Shown here piece by piece: positions 1 to 17,337 of a DNA stretch of 64,000 nt. Location: positions 416,826,001-416,890,000 of the forward strand of contig OZ024740.1 of assembly GCA_964016885.1 (NCBI GenBank). Direction: 5' to 3'. This DNA is from Eledone cirrhosa. Taxonomy: Eukaryota. Every line of letters starts with the position of its first letter. Position 1 is the stretch's first letter. The notes below the pieces were generated by a model. It was not told where the DNA came from, searched no databases, and was given only the letters and a program-made list of their open reading frames with translations. Made by a program: the position numbers and the translations under genes.

Positions 1-242
1 CGAATATTTGCATTCGTTAGCTTATCCGCAACCTAAAGCTTCGTTAATGCTATACTAAAATTTGTATATATATATATATATATATACATCATCATCATCA
101 TCTTCGTTTAACATCCATCTTCCATGCTAGCATGTGCATATATATATATATATATATATATTTGTCTTGTGGTAGCTAAGATGCGTCCATAGGCGACATG
201 CCGGTTGAGCACTCTATGCTCCTACGGAGCAGAGTATGATAC

Positions 243-392
243 AATGGAAAACGAAGAATCAGTGATGCATCGGAACTCAATTTATTGCGTATTACAATTG
301 TTTCTCCGGTGAACAGCTTGAGGTGCGATCTATTGGTGGATTTGTAATACGCAATAAATTGAGTTACGATGCATAACTGATTCTTCATTTTC

Positions 393-397
<5 letters not shown>
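243..397. repeat. Fold-back inverted repeat (about 55 bp arms)
   Basis: aatggaaaacgaagaatcag..ttacaa versus ttgtaatacg..ttttccatt. The minus strand contains GAAACAATTGTA, the 3' half of a hammerhead. Confidence 0.8.
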
Positions 398-443
<46 letters not shown>

Positions 444-606
444 GTTTAAGAGTAACCAATCTTAAAGAGAGAGATGGAGATAGGAGAGGAGAGATTGGCG
501 AATTAGTTAGAAGCCAAAGCGTAAAGGCATGTGCTCAATGTGCAATATGCAGTAGAAAGCAGCTAGGTGGCTGGGTTCATGCAGAAGTTAGGCGCGCAGA
601 GCTGGA

Positions 607-3217
<2,611 letters not shown>

Positions 3218-3298
3218 GAGTTAAACAAGATTCAATGAGTACATCAAAGAATAAGTTTTACAGTAGATTGGAGGCAATCCACTGTAAAACAGAGTTAT

Positions 3299-3606
3299 TA
3301 ATATTAAAATATAAATATTAATAAAATAGATGTTCTTTTGATCAATTAAATTTTATTATACATATTTCAGAGGTACAACAGTACGTCCTCATCAGACAAA
3401 ATATAATGATACATGACATACCCTGAGATGTTAAATGGTTAAGATTTAAACCTTGATTAAATCTTAACCATTTAACATCTCAGGGTATGTCATCTATCAT
3501 TATATTTTGTCTGATGAGGACGTACTGTTGTACCTCTGAAATTTGTATAATAAAATTTAATTGATCAAAAGAACATCTATTTTATCAATATTTATATTTT
3601 AATATT
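3299..3606. repeat. Near-perfect palindrome (about 150 bp arms, centre about 3453) with a CTGATGA..GAAA motif at 3511-3541
   Basis: Arms read directly as reverse complements with few mismatches. Confidence 0.9.
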
Positions 3607-3630
3607 TTAATATATATATAGAGAGAGAGA

Positions 3631-3837
3631 GAAAAAAAGATGAAATCGAAAATGCAACGGGAGTCTTATTTTTTAAAAAAATATATATATTTATTTGGTT
3701 CCTTAATATATTCCTAAATATATATATTTTTAAAAAAAATAAGACTCCAGTTGACTTTTTCGATTTCATCTTTTTTTTTTATACTTTCACTCGTGTAGGA
3801 CACCTCGGTTATTTTTCATTTTGTAAAAAAACCTCAC

Positions 3838-3905
<68 letters not shown>

Positions 3906-3910
3906 ATATA

Positions 3911-3990
<80 letters not shown>

Positions 3991-5169
3991 TACATATATA
4001 TACATATACATATACATATATATATACATATATATATATACATATATATATACACATATATATATACAGATATATACTGTATATATACATATATATATAT
4101 CTACGTATATAAACACATATATATATACATACATATACATATATATATATATATATACAAGGAAAAGAATGAAACGAAATTTCATTTCTCACTCTTAGTA
4201 CGGCTGATACCTAAATATAAGTATGTAAACGTACATACATATATGTATACAGACGTACAGTAGTATGTATATATATACATACATGCACACATATATATAT
4301 ATGTACGTATGGGTTTACTGAACATTTATTATAATGCTCGGTTTGTTTGTAAACAAACAAAAATCCCGAATCACGCCGTACAGTGCTCGGCAAGCATCGT
4401 CGCCCTTTTGTTCAACACTAACACAGGAACGATGTACTAGTTTCAAGCTTGTTAGCTATCGTCAGCATCGTATACCTTTCTGTCAGATGATTGAACGTCT
4501 GAAAGTATATACTTTCCTTATGCATATTAACGGCTGAGCAGCCTAATTTGCATATCGAGTGACTTAGTCGGCCGGGGTACCGAAAACGATAAATGGATGG
4601 ATGGATGGATGGATGGATTATAATAAATGTTCGGTAAACCCAAACGTACATATATATATGTGTGCATGTATGTATATATATATACATACTACAGTGCGTC
4701 TGTACACATATATGTATGTACGTACGTATACATACTTATATTTAGGTATCAGCCATACTAACAGTGAGAAATGAAATTTCGTTTCATTGTTTTCCATTTA
4801 TCGTTTTCGGTACGCCCGGCCGACTAACTCACTCGATATGTAAATTAGGCTGCTCAGCCGTTAATATGCATAAGGAAAGTATATACTTTCAGACGTTCAA
4901 TCATCTGACAGAAAGGTATACGATGCTGACGATAGCTAACAAGCTTGAAACTAGTACATCGTTCCTGTGTCAGTGTTGAACAAAAGGGCGACGATGGTTG
5001 CCGAGCACTGTACGGCGTAATTCGGGATTTTTGTTTGTTTACAAACAAACCGAGCATTATAATAAATGTTCGGTAAACCCATACGTACATATATATATGT
5101 GTGCATGTATGTATATATATACATACTACTGTGCGTTTGTACACATATATGTACGTATACATACTTATA

Positions 5170-5205
<36 letters not shown>

Positions 5206-5337
5206 CATAAAGAAAAAGAAATGAAATCGAAAATGCAACAGTTGCATTTTCGATCTCATCTCTTTTTCTTTATACTTTCACTCGTGTAGGACACCTCGGT
5301 TATTTTTCATTTTGTAAAAAAAACCTCACTTTCTAAT
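3631..5337. repeat. Nested inverted and direct repeat complex
   Basis: Palindrome 3631-3779. About 4158-4335 is inverted at about 4617-4797, and about 4210-4593 is inverted at about 4795-5170. 3635-3845 is directly repeated, with a deletion, at about 5215-5337. Confidence 0.8.
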
Positions 5338-5349
5338 ATATATACATAT

Positions 5350-6640
5350 AGAAGGACGGCCTAGAGTCAAAAGGACTTAAAATTAACCTGGCTAAGACCA
5401 AAGTACTAGTTTGTAGGAAAGAAAACAAGGCGGCGGTCCCTTCTGGGAAATGGTCGTGCTCGGTGTGTAGGAAAGGCGTAGGTAGAAACTCCATTTTATG
5501 TCCGAAATGCAAAGTATGGGTGCATAAAAGATGTAGTGGGATCACAGGTAAGCTAACTAAGAACATAGATTTTACATGTGGCCGGTATTCTGGTGCAATA
5601 AGTAGCAGCAAGTGCCCACAAAATACTAGCTCTTTCAATTGCGCAGAGGGTTCTATAGAAATAGTGGACAGCTTCCGTTACCTGGGCGATAAAATCAGCA
5701 GTGGGGGAGGGTGCTCTGAAAGTAATGTAGCTAGAGTCAGAACTGGTTGGAAAAAGTTCAGAGAGCTTATACCACTATTAGCTGCTAAAGGGTTCTCCCT
5801 AAAAATGAAAGGCAGGTTGTACGATGCCTGCATACGAACAGCAATGCTGCATGGCAGTGAGACCTGGGCATTGTGTGCAGAGGATATACGCAGACTAGAG
5901 AGGAACGAAGCTTGCATGCTCCGCTGGATGTGTAACAGTAATATACGTGAACGGCAAAGCATAAACGAACTAAGGAAAAAATTAGAGATAAGAGGGATCA
6001 GATGTTGTTTACTCGAGAGAAGGCTACGTTGGTAGGGACACGTGATGCGCATGAAAGTCGATAGCTGTATAACAAAGTGCAGGGCAATAAAGATAGACGG
6101 TAGTCACGGAATAGGCAGACCTAGAAAAACCTGGGACGAGCTGATAAACTCCGACATCACACACTTACACCTCTCCAAGACAATGTCACTGGACCGAGAC
6201 CTTTGGCGGTACTCAGTAACAGAGAAGACCCGCCTTACCTAAATATATAGTAAAACCTACTCCAGCCAGTAGGCATCTCTAACAAAATACACCCCGTCCC
6301 ACCACCACCACCCCCACCCCATCCACACCACCCCGTTCTATGTAAAGTTATGTTGGTGCCGCGCCATCGAGGCCGAAACAAATGAGATCGTGTAGGTGTC
6401 ACGACAAAAAAACACACAGTCCACGCTGTAATGTGGCCGTGTAGGCAACACGGTAAAAACCTCCCAGACCGACACTGTAAATGTGGTTGGTGTTAGGAAG
6501 GGCATCCAACTGTAGAAAATCTGCCAGACAGTCCTATGCGAGCAAGACAATCACCCTTGCCTCAAGTGGGACTACCCCCGTCCAAACCCATGCAAGCGTG
6601 GAACACGGACGTTAAACGTTGATGATGATGATGATGATGA
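5350..6640 (+). mobile_element. 5'-truncated RTE-clade LINE (RT C-terminus, Cys-rich insert, 3' UTR, (GAT)n tail)
   Basis: [38 protein letters not shown]. Premature stop at about 6033. Flanked by (TA)n. Confidence 0.92.
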
Positions 6641-6733
6641 TATATATATATATATACATACATATATATGTATATATACACATATATATATACATATATA
6701 TATATACATATACATATATATACATATATATAT

Positions 6734-7096
6734 ATCATCATCATCATCATCATCATCAGGTTTAGCGTCCGTGTTCCACGCTTGCATGGGTTTGGACGGG
6801 GGTTTTCCCACTTGAGGCAAGAGTGGTTGTCTTGCTCGCATAGGACTGTCTGGCGGGTTTTCTACAGTTGGATGCCCTTCCTAACACCAACCACATTTAC
6901 AGTGTGGGGCTGGGAGGTTTTTACCGTGTTGCCTACACGGCCACATTACAGCGTGGACTGTCTGGCGGGTTTTCTACAGCTGGATGCCCTTCCTAACACC
7001 AACCACATTTACAGTGTGGGGCTGGGAGGTTTTTACCGTGTTGCCTACACGGCCACATTTACAGCGTGGACTGTGTGTTTTTTTGTCGTGATACCT
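6734..7096 (-). mobile_element. RTE LINE 3' UTR fragment with internal about 115 bp duplication
   Basis: Reverse complement of 6390-6640. The block ggactgtctggcgggtttttctacag...ccacatt occurs twice. Confidence 0.85.
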
Positions 7097-7100
7097 ATAC

Positions 7101-7131
<31 letters not shown>

Positions 7132-7192
7132 CATATATATATATACATATATATATATACATAAATATATATATATATATACATATATATAC

Positions 7193-7227
<35 letters not shown>

Positions 7228-7228
7228 C

Positions 7229-7307
<79 letters not shown>

Positions 7308-7308
7308 C

Positions 7309-7345
<37 letters not shown>

Positions 7346-7488
7346 CATATATCTATATATATACATATATATATTTATTAAAATAACAGATTACTATATA
7401 CATATATATATATACATATATCTATATATATACATATATATATATACATATATATATACATATATATATATACATATATATATATATA

Positions 7489-9385
7489 TCATCATCATCA
7501 TCATCATCATCGTTTAACGTCCATCTTCCACGCTTGCATGGGTTTGGACGGGAGTTTTCCCACTTGAGGCAAGAGTGCTTGTCTTGCTCGCATAGGACTG
7601 TCTGGCAGGTTTTCTACAGCTGGATGCCCTTCCTAACACCAACCACGTTTACAGTGTGGACTGAGAGGTTTTTACCGTGTTACCTACATGGCCACATTAC
7701 AGCGTGGACTGTGTGTTTTTTTGTCGTGACACCTACACGACCTCATTTGTTTCGGACTGGATGTTGTGGTACCAAAATAACTTCACATTTAAGGGGTGGG
7801 GGGGGGTGGGGGTAGTGGTACGAGGGTGTATTTTTGTTAGAGGTGCCTACTGACTGTAGTAGTTTTCACTTTGTACTTAGGTAAGGCGGGTCTTATGTAT
7901 TACTGTGTAGCGCCAAAGATCTCGGTCCAGTGACATTGTCTTGGAGAGGTGTAAGTGTGTGAGGTCGGAATTTATCAAGTCATCCCAGGTTTTTCTGGGT
8001 CTGCCTACTTCGTGGTTACCGTCTATTTTTATTGCCCTGCACTTTTTTATACAGCTGTCGTCTTTCATGCGCATCACGTGACCGTACCAACGTAGTCTTC
8101 TCTCGAGTAAACAACATCTGATCCCTCTTATTTCTAATTTTTTCCTTAGTTCGTTTATGCCTTGCCGTTCACGTATATTACTATTACACATCCAGCGGAG
8201 CATGAAAGCTTCGTTCCTCTCCAGTCTGCGTATATCCTCTGTACACAATGCCCAGGTCTCACTGCCATGTAACATTGCTGTTCGTATGCAGGCATCATTC
8301 AGCCTGCCTTTCATTTTTAGAGAACACCCTTTAGTGGCTAATAGTGGTATAAGCTCTCCGAACTTTTTCCATCCAGTTCTGACTCTAGCTACTGTACTTT
8401 CAGAGCACCCTCCACCACTGCTGAATTTGTCACCCAAGTAACGGAAAGTGTCCACTATTTCTATAGAACCATCTGTGCAATGGAATGAACTAGTATTCTG
8501 TGGGCATTTACTGCTACTTATTGCACCAGAGCACCAGCCACATATAAAATCTATGTTCTTAGTTAGCTTACCTGTGATCCCACTACATCTTTTATGCACC
8601 CATACTTAGCATTTGGGACATAAAATGGAGTTTCTACCTACTCCTTTCCTACACACTGAGCATGGCCATTTCCCAGATGGGACCGGTGCCCTATTTTCCT
8701 TCCTACAAACTAGAACTTTAGTCTTAGACAGGTTAATTTTAAGGCCTTTTGATTCTAGGCCATGCTTCCATGTTTGGAATTTCTTCTTTAGTTCAGCCAT
8801 TGAGTCAGCTATGAGCGTTAGATCATCTGCATATAGGAGTTCCCATGGGCAGCCGGTCTTGAACTCCACTGTTATAGCCTGAAGGGTAATAATAAATAGT
8901 AGGGGGCTAAGAACGGAGCCCTGATGAACACCAACTTTTACGCTAAACTCTTCACTATATTCGTTGTTAATTCTAACCTTGCTGATTGTTTCTTTATACA
9001 TGGCTTGTATAGCTCTCACAAGCCATTCGTCAACACCTAGTTTTCTAAGAGCCCACCAGATAATGGAACGGGGGACTCTGTCAAAGGCTTTCTCCAAGTC
9101 GACGAAAGCTAAGTATAGGGGTTTACTTTTAGCTAGGTACTTCTCCTGTAGTTGTCGTACAATGAAAAGAGCGTCTGTGGTACTTTTGCCTGACACAAAC
9201 CCGAACTGCATTTTATCTAGGTCAATTCTCTCTCTGATTAGTTGCGCTATTACTTTTTCCGTGACCTTCATGACCTGGTCGATTAATTTAATGCCTCTAT
9301 AGTTACTCCTATCTAGGGCGTCTCCTTTACCCTTGTAGCAGTTAATGATGATGCTGCTACGCCAGTCATTCGGAACAACTCCATT
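7489..9385 (-). mobile_element. 5'-truncated RTE LINE with RT domain interrupted by one in-frame TAA (8606-8608)
   Basis: [39 protein letters not shown]. ORFs 8606-9271 and 7877-8599 are in the same frame. (CAT)n tail at 7489. Confidence 0.95.
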
Positions 9386-9801
9386 CGGTACTTCACAGAA
9401 CTTATGTTTACCGAATTCGCAGACCAGACCCCTTCTTCCTCCCGTTAGACCTGTGCGAAATTCCTTCCTTGCTCACATTTCAACCAGGTTTGATTGTCTT
9501 TATTCTCTCGTTCACGATTCCACCGATTTTATATTCATAGAAATCTGGGACTTGTTTCTTTCTTCTTCATCACTTTCTGTTGCTTAAACCATTTTGTTTG
9601 TTTACCCTAGTGTCCCCCTTATTTACGTGTCCCAACGACTCTTTTTAGCCATTGCTCGCACCAACCTGAGGTATATGGCCTTTAATACGACGAAATGCCT
9701 ACGACGGTTGGAAGGCCACTGATGAGGACAAACTTTTTCATATGTAACCCATTTGCAGCGCCGCAGCTCCATTATTATCATATATATATATATATATATA
9801 C

Positions 9802-9834
<33 letters not shown>

Positions 9835-9873
9835 CATATATATATACATATATATATACATATATATATATAC

Positions 9874-9912
<39 letters not shown>

Positions 9913-10184
9913 TCACCATCATCATCATCATTTCATTTTATGTCCGCTATTCCCTGCTTGCAAGGGTGGGACGGGAACTGATGCTGGCTTGATTTCTACA
10001 GCTGGATGCCCTTCCTAACACCAACCTCATTTACAGTGAGTGCTGGGTGCTTTTTTGCTGTGGCACCTCCACGACCACTTTGTAGTGGAATGATAGGGAC
10101 CCCAGTCCTATCATCTCATTTCTACAGCTGAGTAAACTGGAGCAATGTGAAATAAAGGGTCTTGCTCAAGGAAACAACACAATA

Positions 10185-10238
<54 letters not shown>

Positions 10239-10250
10239 CATATATATATA

Positions 10251-12045
10251 TCATCATCATCATCATCATCACCGTTTTACGTCCGTTCTTCCACGCTAGC
10301 ATGGGTTAGACGGGTTGTCCTGTTGTGGGCAGTGTCTGGTCGGCTGACCATGCCTTGCTCATACAGGAACTGATCTGGCTTGATTTCTACAGCTGGATGC
10401 CCTTCCTAACACCAACCTCATTTACAGTGAGTGCTGGGTGCTTTTTCGTGGCGCCTACACGTCCACTTTACAGTGTGGGCTGGGTGCTTTTTTGCCGTGG
10501 CACCTCCACGACCACCTTGCGGTGGGGGGGGGGGGGCATATTGTTTATATGCTTCAGCATGTACCCATGGGAGGTCGGGTACCCTGTATTACTGCGTGAC
10601 GCCAGAAGTCACGGTCGTGTGTCATTGACTTTGAGAGGTGTAGTTGGGTAAGGTCGGCTTTTATCACCTCATCCCAAGTCATCTTGGGTCTCCCCACTCC
10701 GCGGTTTCCATCAACTTCTAGTGCTCTGCACCTTTTTATGCAGCTGTCATCCTTCATACGCATCACATGTCCATACCAGCGTAACCGCCTCTCCTGCACG
10801 CAGCATTTGATTCCTCTTATGCTCAGTCTCTCTCTCAATTCATTTATGCTTTGTCGTTCACGTATATTACTGTTACACATCCATCGGAGCATGCAGGCTT
10901 CGTTTCTCTCTAATCTACGTAAGTCTTCCACCTTCAGCGCCCAGGTCTCACTACCATGCAACATCGCTGTTCGGATACACGCATCATACAGTCTGCCTTT
11001 CATTCTGAGGGAGAAGCCTTTTGCAGCTAGCAGTGGTAGTAGTTCCCTAAACTTCTTCCATCCCGTTCTTACCCTAGTTATTGTACTTTCTGAGCACCCA
11101 CCTCCGTTGCTAATTCGGTCACCTAGGTAGCAGAAGCTGTCTACTGTTTCTACAGGGCCCTCCCAGAGATTGGTGGTACTTGTTTCCTGTGGCTGTTTGC
11201 TTGCTGTTTCAGCACAGCTGCTGCATGTGAATCCTACATTCTTAATTAAGCTTCCTGAGATCCCGCTACATCTCTTGTGTACCCATTGTTTGCATTTGGG
11301 GCAAAGAATGGAGTTCCTACCTACACCTTTCCTACATACTGAGCAAGGCCATTTCCCTGAGGGGATCTGGGTTCTGTTTTCTCGTCTACTTATAAGGACC
11401 TTAGTCTTTGTCATGTTGACTTTGAGGCCCTTTCTCTCTAGTCCCTGCTTCCAGGTTTGGAATTTATTCTCTAGTTCTACCATAGATTCAGCTATGAGTG
11501 CGAGGTCATCAGCATACAGGAGTTCCCATGGGCATCCGGTCTTAAACTCCTCCGTTATTGCCTGCAGGACTATGATGAACAGGAGAGGGCTAAGAACAGA
11601 GCCCTGGTGGACCCCAACCTGTACGCTAAATTCCTCGCTATACTCATTGCCAATCCTAACTTTGCTGACTGCTCCCCTATACATGGCTTGTACCGCTTTC
11701 ACAAGCCATTCATCTACTCCTAGTTTTCTAAGAGCCCACCAGATTACTGCACGTGGAACTCTGTCAAAGGCTTTCTCAAGGTCGACAAATGCCAAGTAGA
11801 GTGGCTTACTTTTAGCTAGGTACTTTTCCTGTAATTGCCTCACAAGGAAGAGCGCATCAGTGGTGCCTTTCCCTGGAACAAACCCAAATTGCATCTCGTC
11901 TATATTCACCCGGTCCCTAATCAGCTGTGCTATAACTCTTTCTGTTACTTTCATGACCTGGTCCATCAACTTTATACCTCTATAGTTTCCTCTATCTAGT
12001 GCATCGCCTTTACCTTTGTAGCAGTTGACAATGATGCTACTGCAC
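10251..12045 (-). mobile_element. 5'-truncated RTE LINE (second subfamily) with open RT-to-C-terminus frame
   Basis: [34 protein letters not shown]. The 3' UTR differs from that of the 7489 copy. (CAT)n tail abuts (TA)n. Confidence 0.95.
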
Positions 12046-12058
12046 CAATATACACCAA

Positions 12059-12556
<498 letters not shown>

Positions 12557-12880
12557 CAAACTGTGAGTTGGTAATCAAACATATTATAAATGTTTTTATT
12601 TTGTTGGTAAACATATATGATATAAATATCCCCAAGCTGCTCTATATATTATATATATATATATATTATATATATATATAGAGATTATATATATATATTA
12701 CCAGCACATCTCCCTCACCATCCTCCATGGAAACCCCTTCTCTATTCTGTCAACCAGGGCTGTGGGGCAGCCAGAGTGTGAGCTCCCATTTGCTCATATT
12801 AGTGAGAGATGGGGAGAGTAGGAGAGATGGAGGCAGTGACAGTGGGGGTTTAGTTCCATTATGTTCATATCTGGTGTATA

Positions 12881-13420
12881 TCATCATCATCGTTTAACGT
12901 TTATCTTCCACACTAGCATGGGTTAGACGGGAGTTGTCCCACTTGAGGCAAGGCTGGTCGGATGACCGTGACTCGCTCATATAGGACTATCTGGAAGGTT
13001 TTCTATGGCTGGATGCCCTTCCTAACACCAACCTCATTTACAGTGTGCAACTGGGAACTTTATACCTTGTTACCTACACGGCCACATTACAGCGTGGACT
13101 GTGTGTTTTTTTTTGTTGTGACACCTACACGACCTCATTTATTTAGGACTGGATGTTGTGGTACCAACATAACTTTACAGAGAAAGGGGTGGTTTTGATG
13201 GGGGTGGGGGTATATATTTGATTAAGAGGTGCCTACTGACTGTAGGTTTTACTTTGTACTTAGGCAAGGCGGGTTTTCTGTATAATTGCGTAGAGCCAAA
13301 GATCGCGGTCCAGTGACATTGTCTTAGAGAGGTGTAAGTGTGCAAGGTCGGAATTTATCATATCGTCCCAGGTTTTTCTGGGTCTACTCCATAACTTCCA
13401 TCAATTTTTATCGCCCTGCA
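12881..13420 (-). mobile_element. RTE LINE 3' end fragment
   Basis: Homologous to 7489-8040 (3' UTR plus the last codons of the ORF). Confidence 0.88.
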
Positions 13421-13559
13421 TATGTATATATTTATTTACTGCACCACATGTTTGTAAAGATAAATTAAAGAATGGAAGTGGGTGGAAGAAAGGGAGGGAG
13501 TTAGGAAGAAAGAGCTAGAAGAAAAACTTACCATTTTAGGTTTATGTTTAGCAAATTCC

Positions 13560-14568
13560 AAAGCCCTCTACTGGCTTAAACCTCTTCCTATTACCATACA
13601 ACTACTATGTCCTCACAAGCTCTCTGCTGGCCTAAACCTCTTCCTATTACCATACAACTACTATGTCCTCACAAGTTCTCTGCTGGCTTAAACCTCTTCC
13701 TATTACCATACAACTACTATGTCCTCACAAGCCCTCTACTGGCCTAAAGCTCTTCCTATTACCATACAACTACTATGTCCTCACAAGCTCTCTACTGGCC
13801 TAAAACTCTTCCTATTACCATACAACTACTATGTCCTCACAAGCTCTCTGCTGGCCTAAACCTCTTCCTATTACCATACAACTACTATGTCCTCACAAGT
13901 TCTCTGTTGGACTAAACCTCTTCTTATTACCATACAACTACTATGTCCTCACAAGTTCTCTGTTGGACTAAACCTCTTCTTATTACCATACAACAACTAT
14001 GTCCATATAAGCTCTCTGCTGGCTTAAACCTCTTCCTATTACCATACAACAACTATGTCCATACAAGCTCTCTGCTGGCTTAAACCTCTTCCTATTACCA
14101 TACAACTACTACGTCCTCACAAGCTCTCTGCTGGCTTAAACCTCTTCCTAATACCATACAACTACTATGTCCTCACAAATTCTCTGCTGGCTTAAACCTC
14201 TTCCTATTACCATACAACTACTATGTCCTCACAAGTTCTCTGTTGGCTTAAACCTCTTCCTATTACCATACAACTACTATGTCCTCACAAATTCTCTGCT
14301 GGCTTAAACCTCTTCCTATTACCATACAACTACTATGTCCTAACAAGCTCTCTGCTGGCTTAAACCTCTTCCTATTACCATACAACTACTATGTCCTAAC
14401 AAGCTCTCTGCTGGCCTAAACATCTTCCTATTACCATACAACTACTATGTCCTAACAAGCTCTCTACTGGCTTAAACCTCTTCCTATTACCATACAACTA
14501 GTGCGTCCTAACAAGCTCTCTACTGGCTTAAACCTCTTCCTATTACCATACAACTAGTGCGTCCTCTC
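13560..14568. repeat. Minisatellite, 56 bp unit, about 18 copies
   Basis: Unit ctctctgctggcttaaacctcttcctattaccatacaactactatgtcctcacaag. Confidence 0.95.
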
Positions 14569-14687
14569 AGCAATGCAATATATCCATTTACATTTCATAG
14601 ATATCTATCAGTTAACTAAATGAAATGTGATCTCTTAGCTGTTTCTCAGTTTAAAGAAATTGAAAATATATCTCTTGAGCTACATAC

Positions 14688-14774
14688 CTGTCTCTTTTCA
14701 CAGACTTTACCAAAATATGGTAACGTACACTGGCATTGATTTCCAATACAAGTCCCATGCCCACTGCACAATCG
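14688..14774 (-). CDS. Exon A3 (87 nt): RLCSGHGTCIGNQCQCTLPYFGKVCEKRQ; last exon found in the window
   Basis: Acceptor attttgcag, donor gtatgt. Paralog of A1 and A2. Confidence 0.9.
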
Positions 14775-15651
14775 CTGCAAAATATTGAAGACAATAATTT
14801 TATTAGAAGACCAAAGACATGGTTGTTAACACCTAACTTATAACGCAGACAGTTTTAATAATGATTCTAACATTTACACAAGGTTAAAAGTTATTAGTGA
14901 AGGTAATAGTTGATTGAATTGACTATAGTTAATGCCTACTAATTAATTCATTGATCCTGGGGAGTGGAGATTAACATTGATAGTAATGAATTTAAAATCA
15001 TTAAGTCTTGTGAGATTCCAGCTGACTGAACCTATACCCTATGGTCTTGATACCACTTCCAGCCTGGCTGCACATGTAAAACTTGACCATGAAGATTATA
15101 AAAGATTTTACAGGCAAAACTAACTGACAGAAGACTCAGGGGGTTGAGAAAATGGTTGGATAATATCCATGAGCTTCGCTGGTCTCACTTGAGTATCCAG
15201 CCAGATCATTTTACAACTGAAAAGTGTTTCTGGGAAAGGTTTCTTTTTATGGAAGAGCAGCAGTTGCCTATACATGCAAGTCTTTTATCTCCAAGCCTGA
15301 GGAAAATGCCAAAGGTTGATACAACCTGAAACCAGTGTTACCACAAGCATTTCTATCAGAACACAATAAGCTAAAACATATACTGCAAAGCATCTCATTT
15401 GATGCTAACAATGTTATCAAAATAAATCTCATTATCAACTACTCTTTACTAGTCTGGTCTAGTCTAGTCTCTTCTCATCCTCATTACTCTGGGTCAGAGA
15501 CCATGGACAATCTATATTTCCAAGACTCTAATCAGGGAAAAAGTTACATGGGTGTCTCCTGACCCCTCACATTACTCTGAAGCAGGCTACCATACAACAG
15601 CTCATCTGACATCATTACAAGGATGAAGCCATTGACAACTTTGAATATCAC

Positions 15652-16965
15652 TTAGCACTTTACATTACTCTATATGTACTATTGTATTTTTGTGGTAAAG
15701 GCTTTATCTTACGTAATATCTCACATAACATTTACATTACTCTATATATACTATTGTATTTTTGTGGTAAAGGCTTTATCTTACGTAACTATCTCACTTA
15801 ACACTTTACATTACTCTATATATACTATTGTATTTTTGTGGTAAAGGCTTTATCTCACATAATATCTCACATAACATTTACATTACTCTATATATACTAT
15901 TGTATTTTTGTGGTAAAGGCTTTATCTTACGTAACTATCTCACTTAACACTTTACATTACTCTATATATACTATTGCATTTTTTGTGGTAAAGGCTTTAC
16001 CTCACATAATATCTCACATAACATTTACATTACTCTATATATACTATTGTATTTTTGTGGTAAAGGCTTTATCTTACATAACTATCTCACTTAACACTTT
16101 ACATTACTCTATATATACTATTGTATTTTTGTGGTAAAGGCTTTATCTCATAATATCTCACATAACATTTACATTACTCTATATATACTATTGTATTTTT
16201 GTGGTAAAGGCTTTATCTCACATAATATCTCACATAACATTTACATTACTCTATATATACTATTGTATTTTTGTGGTAAAGGCTTTATCTTACGTAACTA
16301 TCTCACTTAACACTTTACATTACTCTATATATACTATTGTATTTTTGTGGTAAAGGCTTTATCTCACATAATATCTCACATAACATTTACATTACTCTAT
16401 ATATACTATTGTATTTTTGTGGTAAAGGCTTTATCTCACATAATATCTCACATAACATTTACATTACTCTATATATACTATTGTATTTTCATGGTAAAGG
16501 CTTTACCTCACATAATATCTCACATAAGATTTACATTACTCTATATTTACTATTGTATTTTCATGGTAAAGGCTTTATCTCACATAATATCTCACATAAC
16601 ATTTACATTACTCTATATATACTATTGTATTTTTGTGGTAAAGGCTTTATCTTACGTAACTATCTCACTTAACATTTACATTACTCTATATATACTATTG
16701 TATTTTTGTGGTAAAGGCTTTACCTCACATAATATCTCACTTAACACTTTACATTACTCTATATATACTATTGTATTTTTGTGGTAAAGACTTTATCTCA
16801 CATAATATCTCACATAACATTTACATTACTCAATATATACTATTGTATTTTTGTGGTAAAAGCTTTACCTCACATAATATCTCACTTAACACTTTACATT
16901 ACTCTATATATACTATTGTATTTTGGTGGTAAAGGCTTTATCTTACGTAACTATCTCACATAATA
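15652..16965. repeat. Minisatellite, 72-74 bp unit, about 18 copies, amplified from one end of a TTAA-flanked MITE whose remainder continues to 17104
   Basis: Unit acatttacattactctatatatactattgtatttttgtggtaaaggctttatctcacataatatctcacata matches the start of the MITE at 38581. Confidence 0.92.
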
Positions 16966-17337
16966 TCAAATCTATGTGATTTTGATATTCATTTTGAGAA
17001 GAATACCTTAACATAAATATGAACAGCCAGTTATAGCAGGTTTAAACAGAAAGAGGTAAGAGAATTCTGGCTGGATATAGCTGGTTTAAATGTTAAAGGG
17101 TTAAGTGACTAAAAACTCCAATCTAACCCAGTTCTGAAATCAGAGTGATCATTCTCCTAGACATACTGCCAACCAAGTCTAATGAGCTCTGTCTACCTGT
17201 ATTGGATGGTTGTTGATTCTCCTGAGTTCCTCCACCCTTTCACGAGTTTTGTGTTTCATCCCACAGTGTCCAAAAATAATCCTCCTCATCAAGCAAGTTT
17301 GATGGAGTTGCTGGTTTAGTCACCAATGACCCAACCT

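Noticed and set aside
9690-9730. GAAA...CTGATGAG hammerhead-like words
   Set aside because: The order and flanking stems do not form a consistent hammerhead fold.
13532-13567. Candidate next exon after A3 (strong gtaagt donor; RALEFAKHKPKM)
   Set aside because: No polypyrimidine acceptor, no similarity to the B exons, and it overlaps the minisatellite edge. The next true exon was not found in the window.
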